Origin: Myxococcota bacterium
Lineage (GTDB): Bacteria; Myxococcota_A; Polyangia; Nannocystales; Nannocystaceae
Assembly (NCBI GenBank): GCA_039028615.1
Contig: JBCCHT010000027.1
Location: forward strand, 128,001-192,000
Reading direction: 5' to 3'
DNA: 64,000 nucleotides
Within the stretch, counting starts at the first letter, position 1, and every line of letters starts with the position of its first letter. The notes under the pieces are model-generated. The model searched no databases, was not told where the DNA came from, and saw nothing but the letters and a program-made list of their open reading frames with translations. Of this stretch, positions 43,506 through 51,066 are shown in pieces. Made by a program: the position numbers and the translations under genes.

Positions 43506-43580
43506 TGGTACCGGGTGAGGGAGTCGAACCCCCAACCATCAGTGTGTAAAACTGCTGCTCTACCGTTGAGCCAACCCGGC
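43506..43580 (-). tRNA. tRNA-Val(UAC)
   Basis: GCCGGGT/ACCCGGT, loop TT-TAC-AC, A73, CCA; G27-A43 mismatch. Confidence 0.88.
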
Positions 43581-43632
43581 GTGGGTCCAGCGGGTCGCAA
43601 TCCGGCGACCCTGCGTGGGACTCACGACGGTA

Positions 43633-43707
43633 TGGAGGGCGGTGCGGGATTCGAACCCGCGATCTCCTGGGTTGCAGCCAGGCGCCTTGCCACTCGACCA
43701 ACCGCCC
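43633..43707 (-). tRNA. tRNA-Cys(GCA)
   Basis: GGGCGGT/ACCGCCC, loop CT-GCA-AC, U73, CCA. Confidence 0.92.
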
Positions 43708-43713
43708 TTGCGG

Positions 43714-43781
43714 CAGGTCGCCGGGGGATCGAACCCCGTCTCGTGGAGTTGGAGTCCACGGTCTCCTCCAGGAAGCGACCC
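43714..43781 (-). tRNA. tRNA-Trp(CCA)-like with reduced D arm (68 nt)
   Basis: GGGTCGC/GCGACCT, 6-bp anticodon stem, loop CT-CCA-AC, intact T arm, G73. Confidence 0.7.
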
Positions 43782-43862
43782 ATACGAACCGAAGTACGTA
43801 CAACATCGCCAGGAGCGACCGAGGATGTGAAGTGGTTGGATCATCGTCCTCGTCCTTTTCGG

Positions 43863-43935
43863 TGGACCGGGTGGGAGTCGAACCCACGACCTTCTGCGTG
43901 CAAGGCAGTTGCTCTCCCAGCTGAGCTACCGGCCC
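43863..43935 (-). tRNA. tRNA-Ala(UGC)
   Basis: G3:U70 identity pair, loop CT-TGC-AC, A73; A27-A43 mismatch. Confidence 0.92.
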
Positions 43936-43967
43936 ATGGGGGTCGCATGCCCTCCTGACCGGAGGGC

Positions 43968-44003
43968 CTACCTCGCGGCAGCGTCCTTTCGTGAAATGTT
44001 CAT
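43968..44003 (-). other. Spacer mini-ORF MNISRKDAAAR upstream of tRNA-Ala
   Basis: ACATCATGAACA start motif; followed by a GCCCTCC/GGAGGGC hairpin. Confidence 0.35.
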
Positions 44004-44065
44004 GATGTCACCCGTAAAAATTGGACAGTGGGTCAAGTTTGAAGAGATGAATTGGATCCCCTTGT

Positions 44066-44137
44066 CGGGGATCGTTGGTTTCGAGCCAACGAATGGAGGC
44101 GTTTTCAGTGCCCTCTGTAGTCTCTTCGTAGTTCCCG
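44066..44137 (-). pseudogene. Degenerate tRNA-Phe(GAA)-like element
   Basis: Loop CT-GAA-AA and T arm GTTGG-CTCGAAA-CCAAC retained; acceptor mismatches, no D stem. Confidence 0.55.
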
Positions 44138-44145
44138 TCGTCCGG

Positions 44146-44275
44146 TGGCGAGGGCTGGAGTCGAACCAGCAAACTTCCGTTTTCGAGACAGACGCCTTTA
44201 CCTGAAACCCCTCAGTAGCCCCCGGATCGCATCCGGGCCAGGTGTCGAGGGGTTGAACCATTTGGCTACCTCGCC
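44146..44275 (-). ncRNA. tRNA-like RNA (anticodon CGA) with a 57-nt hairpin inserted in the D loop
   Basis: Perfect GGCGAGG/CCTCGCC acceptor, GCC/GGC D stem, intact T arm; removing 44201-44257 leaves a 73-nt cloverleaf. Confidence 0.8.
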
Positions 44276-44400
44276 GTATGTGATGTGCAGTTGATCGGGT
44301 CGTGAGAAGTGAAGTTCGTGAAGCCAACGATGGCCACACGGGCGTACGAAGCCCTCTCGGCGTAGGGCCGAGTCAGCGTGGCTCCGCGTGGAGCCAAAGC

Positions 44401-44597
44401 GTCGCGGGGGCTATGCCCTCGAGCGTCCCGATGCTCGTCGTATGAATGGATTCACACCGGGAGAACGCTCAACACGCGACAATCTCGCCCGCAAGGCGGA
44501 CGAGCGACCACAAGGCGGCGGCCTGGGCCGACGCTGGGGTCGAGATGTTCGTGAAACGTTCCATGGCGTGAACTCGTCGATCGCCCTTTGCAGGGCG
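44401..44597 (-). promoter_or_regulatory. Structured leader with alternative helices, same architecture as 31088-31251
   Basis: Start-region GAACGTTT pairs with GAGCGTTC, versus TTGAGCG/CGCTCGA, TCCCGGTG/CATCGGGA and GTCGCG/CGCGAC. Confidence 0.6.
44469..44564 (-). CDS. Putative leader peptide MERFTNISTPASAQAAALWSLVRLAGEIVAC
   Basis: Manual translation; ends I-x-x-C-TGA like leader 1; contains every amino acid represented in the downstream array. Confidence 0.55.
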   Translation of the reverse strand: MERFTNISTPASAQAAALWSLVRLAGEIVAC

Positions 44598-44604
44598 TTT
44601 GAGA

Positions 44605-44632
44605 GATGTACACGAGATTTTTGAGTCGTCAA
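44605..44632 (-). promoter_or_regulatory. Putative sigma70 promoter of the tRNA array
   Basis: TTGACG-N16-TACATC with an upstream A9 tract (44646-54). Confidence 0.5.
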
Positions 44633-44755
44633 AGACATTTGTGCATTTTTTTTTCGCCGCGCACGAGGTGCGACTATCCAAAACTCGAAGAGGCCACTCG
44701 AAATCGTGAGTTCCGCCTGAGCTTCGCCGCCCTACGATGGAGAGGTGGTGATGCC

Positions 44756-45568
44756 ATGGGCGACGATGCAACCAACCGCTGGCTCTTTGCCGGCGATTCA
44801 ACGCAGGCGCAATACTCCATGCGCCTTCGCCTTCAGGCGTTCCTGAGAGAACACCTGTCCCGGCACGGCTACGAGCGAGCGCCGGGCGATCGAGTGGCCG
44901 ATCGCAGCTTCGTGCTGGGACCTCCCGCGCGCTGGATTTGGATCGGCGACAGCTTCGACTCGCTCGATGGCGAGTACTGTCGGAACAGCCCGTCCGCATT
45001 GACCCATCAGCTCGACCTTCGACGCGCACTCGAGGCGCTCGGCCCCGATGCGGTGCATCCGGGGACGACCCCTCGCGCGAGCGGACCGGGAGAGCTCGCG
45101 CCCTTGCTCTCGCACCTGGGCCCGGTGGCCAAGGTGGAGATCTCGGACAGCTCGATCGTTCACATCGAGTTGTTCGAGCGCGGCCGCGAGATCGATCGCT
45201 TCGCCAACGGCGTGAACCCCTTCTACTGCTTCCCGGACGCGAAAAGGGCGGCGCCCTGGCGTGGGCATCCCGAGCGTTGGGAGCCTCTGCTCCGCCCCGG
45301 GCGAACCGTCGACGAACTTCGGGCCGCATGGACGCAGGCCATCGGACGCTGGCCGGAGGGCAGGTCGGCGAGTTGCGACACCATCACGGCAGCCTGCATC
45401 GAGCTGCTGGGGTTCAGCGAGCTCGTCGATCGGGGCTATACCTGGAATCCCGAGGGCCTCGACTACCGATACACGGCGTACCTGGATCCGGCGACACGTC
45501 ATGCATGCTTCGAGCTGCACTTCCGTTGGCCGGGCAGCCCCGGCCGCGGCCGCTGGGACCGCGAGTGA
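44756..45568 (+). CDS. Hypothetical protein
   Basis: GAGGTG SD; 270 aa. Confidence 0.55.
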   Translation: MGDDATNRWLFAGDSTQAQYSMRLRLQAFLREHLSRHGYERAPGDRVADRSFVLGPPARWIWIGDSFDSLDGEYCRNSPSALTHQLDLRRALEALGPDAVHPGTTPRASGPGELAPLLSHLGPVAKVEISDSSIVHIELFERGREIDRFANGVNPFYCFPDAKRAAPWRGHPERWEPLLRPGRTVDELRAAWTQAIGRWPEGRSASCDTITAACIELLGFSELVDRGYTWNPEGLDYRYTAYLDPATRHACFELHFRWPGSPGRGRWDRE

Positions 45569-45660
45569 CGGTGGGAACGCAGCGGCGGGACTCGGGCACA
45601 CCTGCGGCGGATCAGCGGTGCTGGCTTACGCCGGTCATCGGTGGTGTAGTCCTGGTCGCG

Positions 45661-46281
45661 GTGAGACACGAACGCCTCGACCCGACCGATGACACCTCCG
45701 CCACCGAGGTGTCCGACGTGCTCGCTCGCGCGTTCCAGAACGACGAGTTCTTCGTGCGTGCGTACGGGAACCCAAGCAACCGTACGCGAGCGCTTCGCGT
45801 GCTCTTCCGCGGGCTCGTCAGGCTGCACCTACCGCTGAACGCCTGCTTCGCAGCGTACGACGGAGATCAGATCGTGGGCGCCAGCTTCTGGGCACCGTGC
45901 TCGTTTCACGCGGGATTCCTCGACAGCATCCGAGCGGGCATGGGCGGGCTGTTCCGGTATCCGATCTCACTGCTCCGCCTCATGCGCTGCGACGACCTTT
46001 ACATCGGCGAGATGCAGCGCCGCGCGACGCCTGAGGCCCACTACCTCAACAGCATCGGCGTGCTCCCTGAACACCAGGGACGCGGCATCGGCAGTGCAAT
46101 GCTGCGACACCAGCTCGAGGCCCTCGTCGATCCCACGGGCCTCGATGCGTGGCTGTGGACCAACAACGACCTCAACGAGCGACTCTATGGTCGCTTCGGC
46201 TTCGAGGTCGTGCACCGGGAGTCAATCCCCCCTCCTCGACCATTCACGGCCCGGCTGATGCACCGCGCTTTGGCGCGTTGA
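45661..46281 (+). CDS. GNAT family N-acetyltransferase
   Basis: YLNSIGVLPEHQGRGIGSAML; NERLYGRFGF. Confidence 0.88.
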   Translation: MRHERLDPTDDTSATEVSDVLARAFQNDEFFVRAYGNPSNRTRALRVLFRGLVRLHLPLNACFAAYDGDQIVGASFWAPCSFHAGFLDSIRAGMGGLFRYPISLLRLMRCDDLYIGEMQRRATPEAHYLNSIGVLPEHQGRGIGSAMLRHQLEALVDPTGLDAWLWTNNDLNERLYGRFGFEVVHRESIPPPRPFTARLMHRALAR

Positions 46282-46309
46282 TCCCGAGGACCGACGGCGG
46301 ATCTCGCCC

Positions 46310-49300
46310 TCAGTCTAGGCGAGCAGGATCGGGCAGGAACTTCACCCCCATCATCACCTGGTCGCTCCGAGGGTCGGCCAAGAGCCCCGCCCACTCCGCG
46401 AAGTACTGTCGCACGGGGCTTTGCAGAGTCAGCGCCTGTTCGATGAAGGTGGCCACGGTTTGGAGCGCGCCCTCATCGTCGAGGTTGCGCCCCGCGGCGA
46501 TCAAGGCCTCCGAGGCTTCACGCACCCGGTCACCGCTGGCCGTCAGCGGCTCGATCCAGGGCCGAGTCTTGCCCTCGGGATTCGCGGACAGCGACGGTGT
46601 CCCCACGGTGAGCAGCTCCTGCCAGGTGTTCGCGCCCTCGGTCACGAATACCGAAGAATGGCGCTGGAACTGGGTCATCGCGTTGGTTCGACCGATGTGC
46701 ACGAGCTCGACGGCCACATTCTCATCGGCGGCCGCATCGTCGTTGCGTGCGATGACCGTTCCGTCGGTGGTCTCGGCCGCGACGGTGTCATGGACTCCGC
46801 GCATCTCGTCGCCGAGCAACGCGACGACGAGTGGTTGGGCGAGCTGAAGCCGTCCGGCCACGCGCACCATCACTCGCAGGAGCCCGGCGTAGTCGATCTG
46901 GGAGACGGATCCCCCGAAATACGCGGAGACGAGCGCAATTTCGGTATTCCGAGCCCGAGTGAGCACTGATCGCGGCACCGGATCCTGGGCAGCGATGGCC
47001 GCAGCGTCCTGATCCTCGGGGGGCAACGCCAGGCGGTAGACGGCCGTGCCGCCCGCGTCGCGTACTCTATCTTCCACGTCTACCGGATCGATGACGGTGT
47101 CTTGCCGAACCTGCATGACGTGCCCCGAGCGCCACAAGAAGGGCTGGAAGATCATGGCGGCGGGATGTTGCTCCGCGGTCATTCTTCGCAACACGGGCAA
47201 CCAGTGACGGTCGAAGAAGGCCTCGGCGAAGTCCTCTCGAGCCATCTCTTCGTGGTCGGCAGCGATCAAGTCCATGGCACCGAACGCAGTCAATGTGCGG
47301 TCGACCGGAGGCTGGATGGCCAGCAGTTGGTCGTATTGAGCCAGGACCGCGCTGACATCTTGCCGCAGGACCCTGTCCCGCCAGGCTTCCTGGTTGTTCT
47401 GCAGTCGCGGATGATTGCCCGACCACTTGTGCCGTGCGCCCCATTCCGCAGCGGCGCCGCCGAATCCGGCCGGTCTTGGTTCCTCGAAGGGCTGCGGTTG
47501 TGCCCCGGGCCAGCAGTGCTGAGTCCAGAACTCCTGGATGTTCTCACCGAAGACCCGCTGTTCGGCCCCCGAGAGCCCGAGGTCGAGCTCACCCACCGGT
47601 CGACAGCGAACCTGTAGCTGGTGACGCCCGGCGGCGCCCGCTGGATACTGACCGTTCCATTCGTCGTGGTAGAGCGCGTACGAACGCACCGGGTCGTTCA
47701 GGTCTTCCTGCACCCCGAACTTCCGCGCGTAGATCCGAGTCTTCCGTTTGTTGTAGGTCAGGACGACCTCACCACCGAACCCGATCCTCGCCAATCCGTC
47801 GAGCAGCTTGATCACTGCGGCTTGGTGACCGCTGCCGGGACCACCGAGATCGACGACGCTGATGCGATCGTACTCGTCCAGGGGCTGCGTCACGCGGAAT
47901 TCCACGACATCTGCGGCGTCTTCGAAGTCGACGATGTCGACCAACAGCTCGTGCCGCTGCTCGCCGGTCGTGGCCTGTCCCTCGATCCAGTAGCTGATCC
48001 CTTCGTCGTCCTCGATCGCGTCGGCCGGCAGATTGATCGGGAGATCGACGGGAGCTTCACCCTCTACGTGATTCTGAAGCGGTGTCTCATTCCCGTTCAC
48101 GTCGAAGGTCTCTGGAAACACCCGCACGGCCCCGGGACCATCGGTGCGAAGGCGAAGCGAGCACGGGGCATCGGGGGGATCCTTGACCAGCTGGACTCGC
48201 GCTCGATCCCACCACCAGGTGTCTTCGTTTTGCTGGTACAGCCGGCGCCCCGGGTCGCGTTTTTCGTCCTCGGGCAGCTGCTGCGCGGGATCGGAGGGGC
48301 CGGGCGTGCCCCCGTACACACACAGGGTGACGTCGGCCACCGTGAGCCGGAGTTCGTCCGCTTCATCGAGGTGTCCTACGAGACCCACGAAGAAACTGTT
48401 GTCGCGCGGCGCATCGCTGACGACCTTCCCTTCGAGCCAATAGCTCGGCACGACCTCATCGGGGCCCAGGTCGACGAGGAGCTCGGAGCCCAGGGGCTCT
48501 CCCCCCTTCTTCTCCTCGAAGATTTCGATGCCGTCTCCCACGGTGGTCAACCGGAGCTGCCCCGGCAACTCCGCGGGCAGGCAACGAGGCGTGACCTGCA
48601 GGCGAGCACGGGTCTTGTCGTCGTTTTGCCGAAGCACCACGCCGCCGGCCCCATGCATGACCTCGGGCGACAACGTCAGGCCCGCGGCCGTCTTCGCGAC
48701 CAGCTCCACCTTGGCCACCGTGAGGCTGCCGACCGCGTCCCCGGACACGCGATGAGTCGCCGATTCGAGCGTCCACTGCAGCTTCACTCCCTCGAGCTCG
48801 CTGGCGTCGACCGCTTCGATCTCGAGGTCGAGTCCCCCCGCCGGTACGGACTCCATGGTCACCGCGCCACCGTTCAAGGTCAGCGCTGCACCGGAGCGAA
48901 CCAGTCGAATTCGATCGGTGCCCTGGGTCACTCGCAGCGTGCCCGTGCATCCCTCGGGCGAGGTCGGCTCCGCACCGAGAGTCAGTTTCACCCGAGGGCC
49001 CCCGACGACCGCAACCGGCTCGGCGAGCTGCATCCGGGCCGCGACGACCGGCGCCAGCGCGAAACGGACGAAGGTGATCTCCCCCGTCTGGACGGTTGCC
49101 GGGCTCCGAGCGGCGTGCGGGAGCTCGAACGCGTTCCGGCGCGGCTGCGGGACCGACACCACTTCGACCTCGTAGACTCCGTCGTCCAGCGGATCGACGC
49201 TCACCAGGCCTACGGCATCCGTGCGCTTTGTTTGTCCCGCAACTCGGACCTCGACGTCGCCGACCCCCGTGCCATCGCCCGTGACCTCGACCCAGATCGC

Positions 49301-49396
49301 GCCCCGGTGAGAGGGGCAACCTTGGACCGTGCCTCCGACCCCCGCCTCGGATCGGTGTTGGTGACTGACCTCGACTCCACAGCTCCGACACAGCAT
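46310..49396 (-). CDS. Large effector-like protein: beta-sandwich stalk plus C-terminal GT-B-like domain
   Basis: N-terminal GGTVQGCP and carboxypeptidase-regulatory-like strand; C-terminal DLGGPGSGHQ and VFVTEGANTWQELLTVGTPSL. Confidence 0.55.
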   Translation of the reverse strand: MLCRSCGVEVSHQHRSEAGVGGTVQGCPSHRGAIWVEVTGDGTGVGDVEVRVAGQTKRTDAVGLVSVDPLDDGVYEVEVVSVPQPRRNAFELPHAARSPATVQTGEITFVRFALAPVVAARMQLAEPVAVVGGPRVKLTLGAEPTSPEGCTGTLRVTQGTDRIRLVRSGAALTLNGGAVTMESVPAGGLDLEIEAVDASELEGVKLQWTLESATHRVSGDAVGSLTVAKVELVAKTAAGLTLSPEVMHGAGGVVLRQNDDKTRARLQVTPRCLPAELPGQLRLTTVGDGIEIFEEKKGGEPLGSELLVDLGPDEVVPSYWLEGKVVSDAPRDNSFFVGLVGHLDEADELRLTVADVTLCVYGGTPGPSDPAQQLPEDEKRDPGRRLYQQNEDTWWWDRARVQLVKDPPDAPCSLRLRTDGPGAVRVFPETFDVNGNETPLQNHVEGEAPVDLPINLPADAIEDDEGISYWIEGQATTGEQRHELLVDIVDFEDAADVVEFRVTQPLDEYDRISVVDLGGPGSGHQAAVIKLLDGLARIGFGGEVVLTYNKRKTRIYARKFGVQEDLNDPVRSYALYHDEWNGQYPAGAAGRHQLQVRCRPVGELDLGLSGAEQRVFGENIQEFWTQHCWPGAQPQPFEEPRPAGFGGAAAEWGARHKWSGNHPRLQNNQEAWRDRVLRQDVSAVLAQYDQLLAIQPPVDRTLTAFGAMDLIAADHEEMAREDFAEAFFDRHWLPVLRRMTAEQHPAAMIFQPFLWRSGHVMQVRQDTVIDPVDVEDRVRDAGGTAVYRLALPPEDQDAAAIAAQDPVPRSVLTRARNTEIALVSAYFGGSVSQIDYAGLLRVMVRVAGRLQLAQPLVVALLGDEMRGVHDTVAAETTDGTVIARNDDAAADENVAVELVHIGRTNAMTQFQRHSSVFVTEGANTWQELLTVGTPSLSANPEGKTRPWIEPLTASGDRVREASEALIAAGRNLDDEGALQTVATFIEQALTLQSPVRQYFAEWAGLLADPRSDQVMMGVKFLPDPARLD

Positions 49397-49413
49397 GCTT
49401 GGCTCAACTCCGA

Positions 49414-49791
49414 TCACGCGCCGACCACAAACTCCACCACCGCTCGGCCTGCCGTACGCACCCGCAGCCGCTCCGCGAGCAGCTGCACCTTGAGGGTGCC
49501 GGGCAGTCGACGGTGCTCGAGCACCGAGCACGCCCACGCCCGCTCGGGGCTCCGTTCGAATCGGTCTCCGAACTCGAGCAAGAGCTCGGCCAAAGTCACG
49601 AGGCTCTCCTCTCCTTGGATGCCGTGGTCGACCCCCGCTTCGATGGCCTCGACCACATGCCGTCGAAGTCCATGCTCGCCGTCCCCCGCCGAACGACGCG
49701 GGTAACGCTCAGCCAAGTGCGTCTCGACGCGGTCGACATATCCCTCGAACTCGCCGAGAGCCAGCAGTTGTGCGCGACGAATCGTCAGCAT
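49414..49791 (-). CDS. Small helical protein (possible effector adaptor)
   Basis: MLTIRRAQL...; GAGGTG SD; directly upstream of the large effector-like gene. Confidence 0.55.
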   Translation of the reverse strand: MLTIRRAQLLALGEFEGYVDRVETHLAERYPRRSAGDGEHGLRRHVVEAIEAGVDHGIQGEESLVTLAELLLEFGDRFERSPERAWACSVLEHRRLPGTLKVQLLAERLRVRTAGRAVVEFVVGA

Positions 49792-50364
49792 CGGAACACC
49801 TCGCCCCCGACAGTCCGGCGAGCGCCGATTTCAATTGCGTCGAAAATGACCGAGCTGACGCTTTGTTCGAGAAGCGTCGAATTCGAGCACGTGTGGTCGC
49901 TCCTGACGGCGATCGAGAACGGGCGCACTACGGCGGAGCGCGTGCGGAGGGCGATGCCGGACCAAGAGGTCACCATCGCGCGCAATCCGCACGCCCCCTC
50001 ACTTCGGTGGTGGCGGAGCGGGATGGCATACCCAGCCCTTGGGAGCGCTCTCGTTCGGCGCCTCGTTGGCACCAACCACGAGCCGCATGATGCTGCATGA
50101 CGCGAGCAGCAGGACAGAGCAGGCAACGATGCGGACGCGGGCTCCTGCGACCCACAGCCTGGGAGGACTGGTCATGTGCGCCGATCTGTCGGTGGTCATG
50201 GCGTGGGCTCCCGGTAGAGACCGAGTCATGACGGTCAGTGACCGCCCAGGCGCAAACCGTCAGAGGATTCGGTTCCCAACACCGGCGTCGTACGCACCTT
50301 CCGACCCCGCAGCTCCACGAACCGGAGGCCTCCTCTTCTCCGATCGAGCGCGTACGGGTCCCGA

Positions 50365-51066
50365 TTGCGTTCACATCCGGGGTCGCTCGCACGTCAGTAC
50401 CAGGACGTGAAGCTCCCCGTACTGATCCATCGGGCCGTGGCGAGCGAGAGCCGAGCGTGGCGCGAGCTACAGGCGTCGCGGGTGGTGCGAACCCACCATC
50501 GACTGACGACGGCGACCTCTACCGAGTCGAAGCTGGATCGTGAGAAGCGAACCCTGACCGTCGACTTCCGAGACGGAGCCGGCCGGAGAAGGACCAACCT
50601 GTTCGAGATCCTGGTGAACGCGTACCTGGTGGTCAATGGCCTCCGCCCCGCGTTTCTCATTCAGTGGATCGACTACCAAGACTCCGACCGCGCGGAGGTA
50701 CGGCGTCGAATCTTCGAGGTCCTCGACGGTTTTCCAGACAACACGTTCGTGTTCAAGGACATCGACCAGGGCACCTTGGTCCTGGATGGCCGAGCGATCG
50801 AGACACTGTCCAAGCTGGTCTCGGTCTACGAAAAGACGAGCGACGACAAGGTCCTCGGCACGATCCTGGGGTATCCGTGCGCAGGCGAGCTCAATGACAC
50901 GACGGGCACGAGGCTGTTCCGGCACATCGTGACCAATGACGGGGGCGATGTGATGTCGAACATCTGCTCGAGTCGAGACTCGGCCGGCCGCTTCGACGAG
51001 TTCGCGAATACCGTGGTTCGATTCGCGCGCGACACACTGGGTGTCACGGTCCGTCTACAAGCCTGA
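50365..51066 (+). CDS. Hypothetical protein (start uncertain)
   Basis: GLRPAFL, LGTILGYPC; globular composition in the 3' two thirds. Confidence 0.5.
   Translation: MRSHPGSLARQYQDVKLPVLIHRAVASESRAWRELQASRVVRTHHRLTTATSTESKLDREKRTLTVDFRDGAGRRRTNLFEILVNAYLVVNGLRPAFLIQWIDYQDSDRAEVRRRIFEVLDGFPDNTFVFKDIDQGTLVLDGRAIETLSKLVSVYEKTSDDKVLGTILGYPCAGELNDTTGTRLFRHIVTNDGGDVMSNICSSRDSAGRFDEFANTVVRFARDTLGVTVRLQA

Noticed and set aside
43147..44275. Possible CRISPR array, or coding ORFs 43074..43958 and 43444..43887
   Set aside because: The recurring TCGAACC words are tRNA T arms. There are no identical spaced repeats or cas genes, and the ORFs just read through tRNAs.
44146..44275. tRNA-Sec, allo-tRNA, or group I intron-containing tRNA
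   Set aside because: The anticodon is CGA, the fold is 7/5 with no long variable arm, and the insert is in the D loop and far too short for a group I intron.
31314..44700. Integrative island bounded by tRNA att duplications
   Set aside because: No integrase or transposase found. The only match noticed to a tRNA 3' end is 9 bp (GGCCACTCG near 44692), expected by chance.
49800..50360. Short ORFs between the effector genes
   Set aside because: No motif, SD or codon-bias support; left unannotated.
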